From the NCBI GenBank assembly GCA_937907455.1, contig CALESQ010000079.1, positions 1 through 64,000 on the forward strand: DNA of 64,000 bases, in the 5' to 3' direction. The stretch comes from an uncultured Caldilineales bacterium (GTDB taxonomy: Bacteria; Chloroflexota; Anaerolineae; JAAEKA01). A program made the position numbers and the translations under genes. Positions 1 through 9,172 of the stretch are shown piece after piece. Numbering within the stretch: the first letter of the stretch is position 1; every line of letters starts with the position of its first letter. The notes under the pieces are model-generated. The model worked only from the letters and a program-made list of their open reading frames with translations. It had not been told where the DNA came from and ran no database searches.

Positions 1-3000
1 GCCAGGTTGGTCCATGTCGGGCCACCGGCCACGTTGTTCACCACGCTCCAGCCCAGCGGCGGCACGCCTGCCTCGAAGTTCTCGATCGGATACTCGCACG
101 AGAAGGCGTACACATCCACGAAGGCCGTGGCAGTAGCTGATGCGCTCGGACCGCCCACCACTGCGGCGGTCCAAGTGGCCGTGTTGGTGGTAGGCGTGTT
201 GATCACAGCGGGCACACTCAGCCCCGCAGTCACGGTGTTGACCGATGCGCCCGGGTTGAGCACATAGGCCAAACCGCTGAAGATCGTGCCCAACTGGTCA
301 TCAACCAGATCGTGCACATTCAGCGCCACGTTGCCGGTGTTGGTGACGGTGTAGCAGTAGTACACGGTGGTACCTGCGGCCACCAGGATGCTGCTTTCGG
401 TGGCGCAGACGCCGGGCACTGTGCCCACCGTCTTGGTGACGATGATCGAAGGCTCCAGCGGCATACTTACCGTCAGGGTCACGGGCACGATCACGAAGTC
501 AGTGCCATTGCCGGGACCCATGTCAGGATCATCGCTGCTGATGCACAGGTTGCCGGTGTAGACACCGGGGGTCAGGCCCGTAGCGTCAAAGCCCAGAGTC
601 ACCGGAGTGGTGGCCCCAGGGGCAGTCACACCATTGAGAGGACTGACAGTCAGCCAGGGGATGTCAGAGGGCAACTGGCAGTTGCCAGCGACTGCGGGCG
701 TTCCTTCGACCAGGAAGGGGAAGTCCTGCGGATATGCGGCAGTGCCGCTGGCGCCGGTGTCCTCGACCGGAACCCAGGCGGCCCCGTCGAACTGCATGGC
801 ATTGGCGCCTGGCTTGCCGGTCTGACCGAGAATGCTGACCGGGGGAGCCCAGGGGCCGGAAGCCAGCGTGCCACCGGTCTGCCAGTCGAGCCAGTACGTG
901 CCTGCTGGCAACATCATATTCACCGTCACCACATCCGCCATGATGGGGCGGGTGTTGCCGGTGAGTGCGGTTTGCAGCACGCGGTAGTCGTTGCTCCAGG
1001 TGCTGGACGCCAGCCGGTTGGTGGTGGTGTCGCCGAAGACAACGTTGCTGCCAGGCTGGCCGGGCACGCCATCCCAGATGCGCAGGTTGACTGCGTTGAT
1101 CGTGGAGGTGGTGGTGGAGCCGGTCTGGTAAGCGAAGAAGGTGATCTGCGAGATATTCCAGCCGCCAGCGGGGACGGTGAAGTCGTCAGCCACGCGGAAG
1201 CCGGAGGAAACAGCGTGACCAAAGCCATAGGTACCGAGGATGGCGTCTTGCAGGGCGCTGGCATCGGCGCCACCCGCACCGCCACCAGGATGGGTGACCA
1301 GCGGGCCATTGTCATACAGCAAAGCTGCCGGCGCCTGCCAGTTGCCAAGCGGCGCTGCAACGCCACCTTCGCCTGGCTTGAAGTCAGATGCATCCACCCG
1401 TTCAGCCGCGAACAACGGATTGCCCGCCGTACCGGTATTCACCTGACCTGTCGGCGCAGGCAGATTCTCTTCCTCGATCATCCACGTCAGCGGCGCGCCG
1501 CCCACGTTGCTGATGTTCAAAGGTCGCGTGGTGGTCTCATCCGGGAACAACTTGAGCGCCACGTACTCAGGATCTACCATGATCTGCGGGTAGAGGACGT
1601 TCACTTCAGCGGTGTCGCTGTCGGAAGCGGTGTAGACCGTGGCCGGGCTGAAGAGGATCGCCTGCTGGGCACTGAGCGAGGGGGTGTTAAAGGAGACCTG
1701 CACGGCCGTGCTGGCGTCCTTGTTGATGCCGACGGTGGCGGAAGCGCCGTTGTTATAGAGCGGATCGCCGAAGTCTACATCAGCATACTGGAACTTGATC
1801 TGGTTGGTGGTTTCGTAGAGGATCACCTCGAAGGTGGCCGCACCGATATTGGAATAATGCGGGCGGTTGTACCATTCGATGATCGCCATACGGTTGGGGG
1901 CAACGCCTTGCACCTGCCAGTAAACATCGCCGGTATCGCTGTCAATGTCATCCCAGAAGGGGAAGATGGCATAGGCAGGGGAGGCGGTGGGGAGGGCGGC
2001 GTTGGTGAAGGAGAGATCGCCGGCGGCGGTGTTGAAGAGGATGCCGCCGTTGTTGCCGACGCGCAGGTTGCTTGAGGTGACGCCGAAGAAGGTGAAGGGG
2101 AAGGGCAGGGTGATGTTGGCTTCGCCGTCGTCACCGAGCGCCAGGGCAGCGCCGGAGGTCTGGATGGAGATGTAATTGTAGGGAGCGCCGGTGTTGACGG
2201 TGTAGCCGCCGAGAGCGCTGACCGCCGTCCAGGTGGCGGTGTTGGTGGTGGTGATGTCAATGGAGGCGTTAACGATGAAGGGATCGCTGACCGCACCGGG
2301 GGGAAGGACGTAGGCGGAGTTGGTGAGCAGCGTACCGAGTTGGTCGTCCACCAGCGAGTGGACGGTCATGGTGACGTTGCCGCTGTTCTCCACCTGGTAG
2401 CAGTAGTAGACCGTCGTGCCGGATGGCACGGTCACCTTGCTGGTGGTGGCGCAGACGCCCGGTACTGTCCCCACCGTCTTCGTCATCACGATGGCCGGGT
2501 CGGGTACAACCGGGTTACACTGCGGGTTGTTCGGATCAGACGCCGGCACGGTGATGGTGACAGCCGCCGCGGTGGCACTGGCCGTCATGCTGTCGTCGTC
2601 GGGAATAGTTGTTGCCGTCACCGTAACGGTGTTGGTCAGAACCACGGTGATGGGATCGCACAGCGCCGGGGTAATGTCCACATCGCAGGTCACAATTTGG
2701 CTGTCCGAGCTGTCTGCGTCCACGGTACCGCTGATCGGCACCGAACAGGACACAATGCCCGCGCTAATCGTGCCCGTGTCATCGAAGGTCATGACCTCGT
2801 CGGACATCGTGGGCGAGGTGTTCGTGTAAGATACGGTGAAACTGATTGTGCCCGTACCATCCGGCAGAGTCACTGCACTGGGACCATCTACCGTTTTTGT
2901 GATTTCCACACCGGCTACAGGCACGAGTTCGCAACCTGTCACCGATACATCGTCAATTGCCAGACCAGCGTATTGTGCGGTTGTATCGCTGTCCAAATGG

Positions 3001-4952
3001 AACAAGGCTTCAATGCTCTGCCCGGCGTAGCTGCTGATATCAGCCGACCACTCACCCCAGCCTGCGCTTTCCTGGATAGTGGTGCTGGGACTGCCAACCA
3101 AGTTTGTCATAGTGGCGTCCAGCCATTCCCACAACTTGGTGGGATTGGCACCGCCCGCCTGCTGCACCTGAACGTAGGCATGGTCGAAGCTGGCGCTTTC
3201 CATCTGATAGCGCTGTGCCCAGTTCAGAGTGATGGGGCCTGAGATATCAGTAAGATCAATGGCGGGCGATAAAAGGTCCTGACTGCTGCTGACGTTGTAC
3301 GTACCTGCAAGGTCCGTCTTCCAGCAGCTTGACCCGCTGTTGCAAGTGGTGATGGGCGCGGCGGTTGGCGTGCCGCGGGCCCATTCGTCCTCCGTACCAC
3401 TGTGGGTAAAGCCATCATCACCTGCTTCAAAATCGCTGCTGTACAGGGTGACCGGCGCATAGCCAGCGGGGCACACCGGCGGTGGCGGTGGTTCGCAGAT
3501 GGTAATGCTCCAGCCTTGCAGTACACCGCCGTCGCCGCTGGCATCGTCGTACAGCTTGAGCGTCCAGGTGCCACCGGCCTTTTCGTGATCAAACCACGAC
3601 AGGCGATAGCTAAGCTCCGGCTTGTAGTTCATTCCCTTCATCGCAGTAAACGCGGGAGGAATAGCGGCCTCGTCATCCCAGGTGACATCCATCTGGATCT
3701 GTGGGTTCGTTAGCGTGCCGCTCCCCACATCGGTAAACAAGCCGTTATCGTTGCCCGCCGGTGACACCAGGTGAACATCCAGATCTTGCATCCAGGTGTG
3801 CGTCAGTTGAATGCTGACATCAATATCGGCAATCACCGGGTTGCCCGGCACGGTCAAGGTGGATTGCACCATACCTGTGACAGTTGGAATGGTTACCGGC
3901 ACATCGGTGCTGGTGTAGGTCGTGCAGTTGATGCCTTCCGGGTTTGCCGGATAGATCGTCACGCTCAGGTGATAGGTGGCTGTCGGCCCCCCCACCGTTG
4001 CAGTAGCCGAGTCAACAAACGCATAGTACGTCCCGCCCGTCTTGATCGTCATGAACATGGCTTCCGAGAGCGGGTTGGTAGCGCTGCCGGTGCTGCCGTC
4101 ATTGGCCACCAGGATCTGGTTGCCGGCATCACCAAACAAAGCGATGCCCAGGCGACCGTTCCATTGCACATTGTCGCGCTCCGGGTCCAGGTCCAGGTTC
4201 AGGTACACGGTATCGCCAGCGTTGGCGGTAAAGCTGAACCAATCCTGCTCGGTGGCCGCGGCCGGGTCACGCGCTCCACTCACCCAGCCGTTGGCAGGCA
4301 GTGCATTGGCCGTAGCAGGTGTATCATTCGATTCGCTCTCAGGCGTCGGTGAGCCGCTCTGCACCCGCAGGTACAGGTAATACGGGCGAAGCTGACTGGT
4401 CGCCGAGTTGTGTCGAACTTGCAGGTAGTAGGTACCGGCGCTGGGGAGCGTGGCCCCGGCAATGGTTGATGCAGTGGTACCGAAACTACCATCGTCGTTA
4501 TCGGACTCAATCACTGTTGAGCCATCGCTGGCAAAAAGGGTGAGAAAACTGTCGGTGCTGCTACTGGCCGAGAAGCTGGTCATCGTGGCCGCGTAGACAC
4601 GGTCACCCGCGTTGCCGGTGAACGAGAAATAATCAAGATCGCCGTTGGGGTAAACATTCCCCACAGCCACCGTGTTATTTCCCGGCAGAGCCGTCGCGGT
4701 TGCGCTGGTGCCATTCGGTTCCACCTCGCTGAACATATTCATGCCAGCAATGCTGACCAGACCATCCACTGAGGAGGCTTCTGTGATTGTTTTGCCACTG
4801 GCAGTGTCTCCCAGCGGCTTGGTTAAGTCAAATTGAAATGGGCCGGGCTGGCTTTGCGGAGGTGTAGACACCTGCGCAGCCACAGCCGTGGGCAGCATCA
4901 ACACCAGAAGGGCAATAACCGCCAAAATATGGAGAATATACTTGCGTTGCAT
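1..4952 (-). CDS. Very large secreted multidomain protein. Signal peptide, 2x PPC (pre-peptidase C-terminal-like) domains, proprotein-convertase P-domain, multiple DUF11 'conserved repeat' domains. C-terminus lies outside the window.
   Basis: The minus-strand ATG at 4952 gives MQRKYILHILAVIALLVLMLPTAVAAQV (signal peptide). The frame then stays open to position 1, so the ORF is absent from the track because no stop falls inside the window. Motifs: NGDLDYFSFTGNAGDRVY and EQDWFSFTANAGDTVY (PPC-like); MQDLDVHLVSPAGN...GTWTLKLYDDASGDGGVLQGWSITI (P-domain-like); repeated TKTVGTVPGVCAT...TVYYCY.V.N.GNV (DUF11-like). Plus-strand ORFs 312..2075, 2340..3242 and 3771..4352 are antisense shadows. Confidence 0.75.
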   Translation of the reverse strand, partial: MQRKYILHILAVIALLVLMLPTAVAAQVSTPPQSQPGPFQFDLTKPLGDTASGKTITEASSVDGLVSIAGMNMFSEVEPNGTSATATALPGNNTVAVGNVYPNGDLDYFSFTGNAGDRVYAATMTSFSASSSTDSFLTLFASDGSTVIESDNDDGSFGTTASTIAGATLPSAGTYYLQVRHNSATSQLRPYYLYLRVQSGSPTPESESNDTPATANALPANGWVSGARDPAAATEQDWFSFTANAGDTVYLNLDLDPERDNVQWNGRLGIALFGDAGNQILVANDGSTGSATNPLSEAMFMTIKTGGTYYAFVDSATATVGGPTATYHLSVTIYPANPEGINCTTYTSTDVPVTIPTVTGMVQSTLTVPGNPVIADIDVSIQLTHTWMQDLDVHLVSPAGNDNGLFTDVGSGTLTNPQIQMDVTWDDEAAIPPAFTAMKGMNYKPELSYRLSWFDHEKAGGTWTLKLYDDASGDGGVLQGWSITICEPPPPPVCPAGYAPVTLYSSDFEAGDDGFTHSGTEDEWARGTPTAAPITTCNSGSSCWKTDLAGTYNVSSSQDLLSPAIDLTDISGPITLNWAQRYQMESASFDHAYVQVQQAGGANPTKLWEWLDATMTNLVGSPSTTIQESAGWGEWSADISSYAGQSIEALFHLDSDTTAQYAGLAIDDVSVTGCELVPVAGVEITKTVDGPSAVTLPDGTGTISFTVSYTNTSPTMSDEVMTFDDTGTISAGIVSCSVPISGTVDADSSDSQIVTCDVDITPALCDPITVVLTNTVTVTATTIPDDDSMTASATAAAVTITVPASDPNNPQCNPVVPDPAIVMTKTVGTVPGVCATTSKVTVPSGTTVYYCYQVENSGNVTMTVHSLVDDQLGTLLTNSAYVLPPGAVSDPFIVNASIDITTTNTATWTAVSALGGYTVNTGAPYNYISIQTSGAALALGDDGEANITLPFPFTFFGVTSSNLRVGNNGGILFNTAAGDLSFTNAALPTASPAYAIFPFWDDIDSDTGDVYWQVQGVAPNRMAIIEWYNRPHYSNIGAATFEVILYETTNQIKFQYADVDFGDPLYNNGASATVGINKDASTAVQVSFNTPSLSAQQAILFSPATVYTASDSDTAEVNVLYPQIMVDPEYVALKLFPDETTTRPLNISNVGGAPLTWMIEEENLPAPTGQVNTGTAGNPLFAAERVDASDFKPGEGGVAAPLGNWQAPAALLYDNGPLVTHPGGGAGGADASALQDAILGTYGFGHAVSSGFRVADDFTVPAGGWNISQITFFAYQTGSTTTSTINAVNLRIWDGVPGQPGSNVVFGDTTTNRLASSTWSNDYRVLQTALTGNTRPIMADVVTVNMMLPAGTYWLDWQTGGTLASGPWAPPVSILGQTGKPGANAMQFDGAAWVPVEDTGASGTAAYPQDFPFLVEGTPAVAGNCQLPSDIPWLTVSPLNGVTAPGATTPVTLGFDATGLTPGVYTGNLCISSDDPDMGPGNGTDFVIVPVTLTVSMPLEPSIIVTKTVGTVPGVCATESSILVAAGTTVYYCYTVTNTGNVALNVHDLVDDQLGTIFSGLAYVLNPGASVNTVTAGLSVPAVINTPTTNTATWTAAVVGGPSASATATAFVDVYAFSCEYPIENFEAGVPPLGWSVVNNVAGGPTWTNL

Positions 4953-5246
4953 ACGGTAAAACTCCTCTGTCAGGGAAGAAATGATGGAATAAAGAAAAAC
5001 TATCCTGATATACCTGGAAAACCCAGCGCGTCAGGACACCCTCAGAAGCACTGTCACCTCCTTAAATTTACTGATGCTACGGCATTTGCCGAACCATGCC
5101 GGTTGTTGATCAACACCAAAGCGAGCGAGGGGGTGATCCGTCACGAAGAGGCTAACTTGGGCTGAACGGATCAAATGGGAAAAAACTGCCAGAACCTTAT
5201 TCTACTCAGGTTACAGCCTGTCGTCAAATGGTTTTGCCACTGGCCG

Positions 5247-5274
5247 TTGCCACAATGCAGCTTTGCGGTATAAT
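5247..5274 (+). promoter_or_regulatory. Sigma70-like promoter (TTGCCA, 16-nt spacer, TATAAT) upstream of the 5332 gene.
   Basis: TTGCCA at 5247-5252 and TATAAT at 5269-5274, about 58 nt upstream of the start codon. Confidence 0.45.
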
Positions 5275-5331
5275 AGGCCCCGTTTACGTCGTGTTCCACC
5301 GCGATCCTGCTACACTGCCTGAGTTTACATC

Positions 5332-7122
5332 ATGCCTGACCCTGCTTCTACTCACAATACCGGCGCGCAAGCTGCCGACCGCATTGCTCAAATTCACTTT
5401 GCCCCGCCGCGCCCCAATGTCCAGCTCCGTTGTGCCAACGGTGCCATTCTGCAAGGTCCGCCCGGAGCCACGCTGGAAGAATTTGCCTGCGCAGCCAACA
5501 ATCAGCCCGGCGCAGCCCCCATTGTGGCAGCACTGGTCAACGGCGAGTTGCAAGACCTGAACACCACGGTCACCAACGACTGCGACGTGGTCTGGCTGGA
5601 TACCGGCAGCGACGACGGCATGCGCATCTACCGTCGCTCGTTGACCTTTCTACTGGCGGCCGCAGTCAGCGAGTTGTTTTCCGGCGCACGCCTGCACATT
5701 GACTATTCGATGACTTTTGGCGGGCTTTTTTGCCATGTCGCCGCACGTCCGCCCTTCTCGGCGCAGGAACTGGAAGCGCTGGAAGCACACATGCACACGC
5801 TGGTGGCCGCCAATCTACCCATCCTGCGCCAGGAAACCACCATCAGCCAGGCCATTGCCGAATTTCAGGCCAATGGGGACCCGGAAAAGGCTGATCTGCT
5901 GGCAGTGGCGGCAGATGGCGGCAAGCGCACAGTGGCGATTCACCAGTTGGGCACATACCGCAATCACTTCCACGGCTACATGACCCCCCGCACCGGCTAT
6001 CTGCGCTGGTTCAACCTGGTGCCCTACCCCGCGGGGCCTGGCTTTGTGCTGCATTATCCGCGACGACAGGCCCCCACGGTGCTCAGCCCATTTCGTGATG
6101 TGCCGCGGCTGGGGCAGGTATTTCAGGAATACCGCGGCTGGCTAGAGCGCATCGGCGTGGGCAACCTGCCTGCGCTCAACCGCACCATCGAGGATGGCCG
6201 CATCCGCGAGGTGATCTTGGTAGCCGAAGCCCTGCACGAACAGCGCATTGCAGCCATGGCCGGTGCTATTGCCCAAGGTCAAGGGCAAATGGGCATGGTG
6301 CTGATCGCCGGACCTTCCTCATCCGGCAAAACCACCTTTGCCCGCCGCCTAGCCGTGCAGTTGATGGCCCACGGCTTGCAGCCGGTGGCGCTGGGGTTGG
6401 ACAATTGGTTTGTCAACCGCGAGCAAACGCCGCTGGACGAGGATGGCCAACATGACTTTGAAGCGCTGGACGCAATTGACCTGGCACTGTTCAATGCCCA
6501 GTTGAGCCGCCTGCTGGCAGGCGAAACCGTAACCCTGCCTGCTTACAACTTCCTCACCGGCAAACGGGAAAGCGGCGAAACTCTGGCTATCACCCCAAAC
6601 CATGTCATTCTGGTAGAGGGTATCCACGGCCTGAACCCCCGCCTGGCCCATGATGTGTCGCAGGCGCGCATCTTTCGCATCTACATTTCAGCGCTCACCC
6701 AGCTTAACCTCGACCGGCACAACCGCGTGTCTACCACCGACACCCGCATTATCCGCCGCATCGTGCGCGATGCGGCGCGGCGCGGCTACTCGGCAGCCGA
6801 TACCATTGGCCGCTGGCCCAGCGTGCAGCGCGGCGAATGGCGCTGGATCTTCCCGCATCAGGAACACGCCGACGTGATGTTCAACTCGGCGTTGGTCTAT
6901 GAGCTGGCCGTGCTGCGCCCACTGGCCGAACCGCTGCTGCTGCGCGTAGCGCCCAACTCACCGCAGCGGGTAGAGGCTGACCGCCTGCTCAGCCTGCTGC
7001 GCTGGTTTACGCCCATCGCCTCGCACGACCTGATCCCCGACAACTCAATCCTGCGTGAGTTCATCGGTGGCTCGATCATGGAAGATTTTATGCCGTGGCA
7101 ACGGCATCCAGCGCCGCGCTAA
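5332..7122 (+). CDS. P-loop nucleoside kinase of the uridine kinase / phosphoribulokinase family, fused to an N-terminal ThrRS-like TGS plus second-additional-domain region.
   Basis: Walker A GPSSSGKTTFARRL. Udk-like C-terminal motifs VILVEGIHGLNPRL and TRIIRRIVRDAARRGYSAADTI. The N-terminal segments IYRRSLTFLLAAAVSELF...IDYSMTFGGLFCHV and LEALEAHMHTLVAAN resemble ThrRS N2/SAD (SLAHLLGHA...DNGFYYDV, VEALEKRMHEL). Confidence 0.7.
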   Translation: MPDPASTHNTGAQAADRIAQIHFAPPRPNVQLRCANGAILQGPPGATLEEFACAANNQPGAAPIVAALVNGELQDLNTTVTNDCDVVWLDTGSDDGMRIYRRSLTFLLAAAVSELFSGARLHIDYSMTFGGLFCHVAARPPFSAQELEALEAHMHTLVAANLPILRQETTISQAIAEFQANGDPEKADLLAVAADGGKRTVAIHQLGTYRNHFHGYMTPRTGYLRWFNLVPYPAGPGFVLHYPRRQAPTVLSPFRDVPRLGQVFQEYRGWLERIGVGNLPALNRTIEDGRIREVILVAEALHEQRIAAMAGAIAQGQGQMGMVLIAGPSSSGKTTFARRLAVQLMAHGLQPVALGLDNWFVNREQTPLDEDGQHDFEALDAIDLALFNAQLSRLLAGETVTLPAYNFLTGKRESGETLAITPNHVILVEGIHGLNPRLAHDVSQARIFRIYISALTQLNLDRHNRVSTTDTRIIRRIVRDAARRGYSAADTIGRWPSVQRGEWRWIFPHQEHADVMFNSALVYELAVLRPLAEPLLLRVAPNSPQRVEADRLLSLLRWFTPIASHDLIPDNSILREFIGGSIMEDFMPWQRHPAPR

Positions 7123-7522
7123 GCCTTGCTGTAGCTGCCGCGGCCATCTCAGCCAGCGCCGGGTTTGCCACCATCGCAATGGCCGCTTGCGGATTGAGCG
7201 CCGACACGGTAACTGTGCTATCATCGTTTTCGTAAACCACCACGGTGCAGGGCAACATCAAACCCACGCGCTTGTCGGTGGTGAGAGCCTGATGTGCCAG
7301 CGGCGGATTGCACACGCCCAAAATCATGTAGCGCGTGAATGCCACATCCAGCTTGGCCCGCAGCGTAGCCTGCACATCTACTTCAGTAAGCACGCCAAAA
7401 CCCTGATCCTTCAACGCGGCAATGGTGCGCGCCAATGCCTGCTCGTAGGGCAGTGTCAGCCCGATGGTAATATCCAACGATTGCGTCATTATAGCCTCAT
7501 AAACTCTGACAAGGTGTGCCAC
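7088..7522 (-). CDS. DUF302 domain protein. An alternative start at 7489 (MTQSL...) is possible.
   Basis: 144-aa ORF of typical DUF302 size and composition (GFGVLTEVDVQATL...LMLPCTVVVYEN). It overlaps the 3' end of the 5332 gene convergently by 35 nt. Confidence 0.55.
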   Translation of the reverse strand: MAHLVRVYEAIMTQSLDITIGLTLPYEQALARTIAALKDQGFGVLTEVDVQATLRAKLDVAFTRYMILGVCNPPLAHQALTTDKRVGLMLPCTVVVYENDDSTVTVSALNPQAAIAMVANPALAEMAAAATARLSAALDAVATA

Positions 7523-7590
7523 CGGCCGCGGCTATGCGGCCGACACATGAACATCTGTTATGTAACCTCTATGCCAGGAGCAACATCCAA

Positions 7591-8214
7591 ATGCCGGAAT
7601 TGGCAATTGATCTAACGCGCTACGCCGATGAAGATGCGCTGGTTAAGGCCCTGCTCGCTGGCGACAAACACGCCTGCGCCTGCCTGGTCAAAATCAACAG
7701 CAGCCAGATGTACGCGCTGGCCTTGCGCATGATGGGCGATGCCGCAGAAGCGGAAGATGTGGTGCAGGAAGCCTTCATCAGCGCTTGCAGCAAAGCTGCC
7801 AGCTTTGAGCGGCGCAGCAAGCTAAGTACATGGCTGTATCGCATCACCACCAACGCAGCGTTGATGCGCCTGCGCAAGCGGCGTGATGATACCGTATCTC
7901 TCGACGAGCCGCAAGTCAGCGAGGAAGGCGACAGCTTTCCCCGGCAACTGGGCGACTGGTCAGTGGATCCCAGCCGCGAAGCGCTGTCAGCCGAGTTGCG
8001 CGCAGTGCTAGAGGGCGCCATCGAAACCCTGCCCCCCACACTGCGCAGCGCCTTTGTCCTGCGCGACATTCAGGGCCTTAGCACGCTGGAAGCAGCCGAC
8101 GCCCTGGAGATCACCGAAAGCGCGCTGAAGGTACGTCTGCACCGTGCCCGCCTGCTGCTGCGCGAAAAGCTGGCAGGCTATCTGACCGATCACCCCACGG
8201 AGCGTATGGCATGA
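7591..8214 (+). CDS. ECF (sigma-70 family group 4) RNA polymerase sigma factor.
   Basis: Region 2 (DVVQEAFISACSKAASFERRSKLSTWLYRITTNAALMRLRKR) and region 4 (LPPTLRSAFVLRDIQGLSTLEAADALEITESALKVRLHRAR). Internal ATG at 7591 preceded by AGGAG. Its stop overlaps the start of the next gene (ATGA). Confidence 0.85.
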   Translation: MPELAIDLTRYADEDALVKALLAGDKHACACLVKINSSQMYALALRMMGDAAEAEDVVQEAFISACSKAASFERRSKLSTWLYRITTNAALMRLRKRRDDTVSLDEPQVSEEGDSFPRQLGDWSVDPSREALSAELRAVLEGAIETLPPTLRSAFVLRDIQGLSTLEAADALEITESALKVRLHRARLLLREKLAGYLTDHPTERMA

Positions 8215-8492
8215 GTTCATCTCAACACGGCCATTGCCGCGATTTGCTACAAGACCTGAACGATTATATTGACGGCGAGCTGGATGAAACTTTGTGCAGC
8301 GAGTTGGAACGCCACATGCGCGAATGCGAAAACTGCCGCGTGGTGGTAGACACTCTGCGCAAAACCGTGCTGCTCTACAACCATCTGCCCGCGCAGCCGG
8401 CGCCCGATGCTCTGGAGGCCCGGCTGTTCAAATGCCTCGATCTCGAAGCTTTTCTGGCTGCGCCCGCCGCCGGAGGCGCCACCAGCCTTTAA
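8211..8492 (+). CDS. Zinc-binding (ZAS-type) anti-sigma factor.
   Basis: HxxxCxxC motif (ERHMRECENCRVV) plus an upstream Cys. Small protein translationally coupled to the ECF sigma gene. Confidence 0.8.
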   Translation: MSSSQHGHCRDLLQDLNDYIDGELDETLCSELERHMRECENCRVVVDTLRKTVLLYNHLPAQPAPDALEARLFKCLDLEAFLAAPAAGGATSL

Positions 8493-8506
8493 CAAGGAGT
8501 AAAATT

Positions 8507-8923
8507 ATGACCCAGGTCAGTGTTACTTGGCAGCATGAAGACCTGTTGCTGCAAGCCGAAAACGACAGTGGCAACACCTTTTTGCTCGACTCATCGGCCG
8601 CGGTGGGCGGTAAAAACCGCGGTGCTCGCCCGCTGCAACTGCTGCTGATCGGTCTGGCAGGCTGCACAGCCATGGATGTGCTGAGTATTCTGCAACGCAA
8701 GCGCGAGCCGGTGAAGGACCTGCAGGTAACGGTGAGCGGCGAGCAGGCTGAAAGCCACCCGCGCGTCTTCACCTCGCTGCACATCGAATACATTGTCACC
8801 GGCAACGTCAGCGAAAAGGCCGTTGAGCGCGCTATTGCGCTTTCTGAAAACACCTATTGCCCCGCCCAAGCCATGTTGCGTTCTGGCACACCCATCACCA
8901 GCAGCTATCGCATCGTTTCCTAA
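8507..8923 (+). CDS. OsmC/Ohr-family peroxiredoxin-like protein.
   Basis: LLLIGLAGCTAMDV and ENTYCPAQAM show the two conserved Cys of the OsmC fold. RBS AAGGAGT 7 nt upstream of the ATG at 8507. Confidence 0.8.
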   Translation: MTQVSVTWQHEDLLLQAENDSGNTFLLDSSAAVGGKNRGARPLQLLLIGLAGCTAMDVLSILQRKREPVKDLQVTVSGEQAESHPRVFTSLHIEYIVTGNVSEKAVERAIALSENTYCPAQAMLRSGTPITSSYRIVS

Positions 8924-9059
8924 GCCCGGGACCAGAACGCGGCAATGCCCATCCTGGGTTGGGGGAGGAGGTCCAGGATAGGCATTGGTAAGCTCAGTTT
9001 ATCACAATCTGCTGAATTATGCAAGTCCTTTTTGGCTCTATTGGCGCGGCGGCAAGGCA

Positions 9060-9087
9060 TTGACAGCCAGCCGCGGTGGGATACAAT
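9060..9087 (+). promoter_or_regulatory. Near-consensus sigma70 promoter (TTGACA, 16 nt, TACAAT), flanked by the direct repeat GGCATTGACA / GGCATTGTCAACG.
   Basis: TTGACA at 9060-9065 and TACAAT at 9082-9087. Confidence 0.5.
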
Positions 9088-9128
9088 AGGCATTGTCAAC
9101 GCAGTTTGAGCCTTTTCAGCCGCTTTCG

Positions 9129-9140
9129 CCCCCCCCCCCC
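9129..9140 (+). repeat. C12 homopolymeric tract in the 5' leader of the AsnC-type gene.
   Basis: cgcc followed by cccccccccc at 9129-9140, lying between the promoter and the start codon at 9173. Confidence 0.9.
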
Positions 9141-9172
9141 GAAACGGCCTCATTTCCTCGCAGGAGCTTGTT

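Noticed and set aside
312-4352. Long plus-strand ORFs (312..2075 of 587 aa, 2340..3242 of 300 aa, 3771..4352 of 193 aa) with Gly/Val/Arg-rich low-complexity translations.
   Set aside because: They lie antisense to a continuous minus-strand ORF (4952 to 1) that has a clear signal peptide and recognisable PPC, P-domain and DUF11 motifs. High-GC genes routinely give long open shadow frames on the opposite strand.
4833-5165. Plus-strand ORF of 110 aa overlapping the start of the giant secreted-protein gene.
   Set aside because: It overlaps the signal-peptide-coding 5' end of the minus-strand gene and its promoter region. It has no RBS or motif support.
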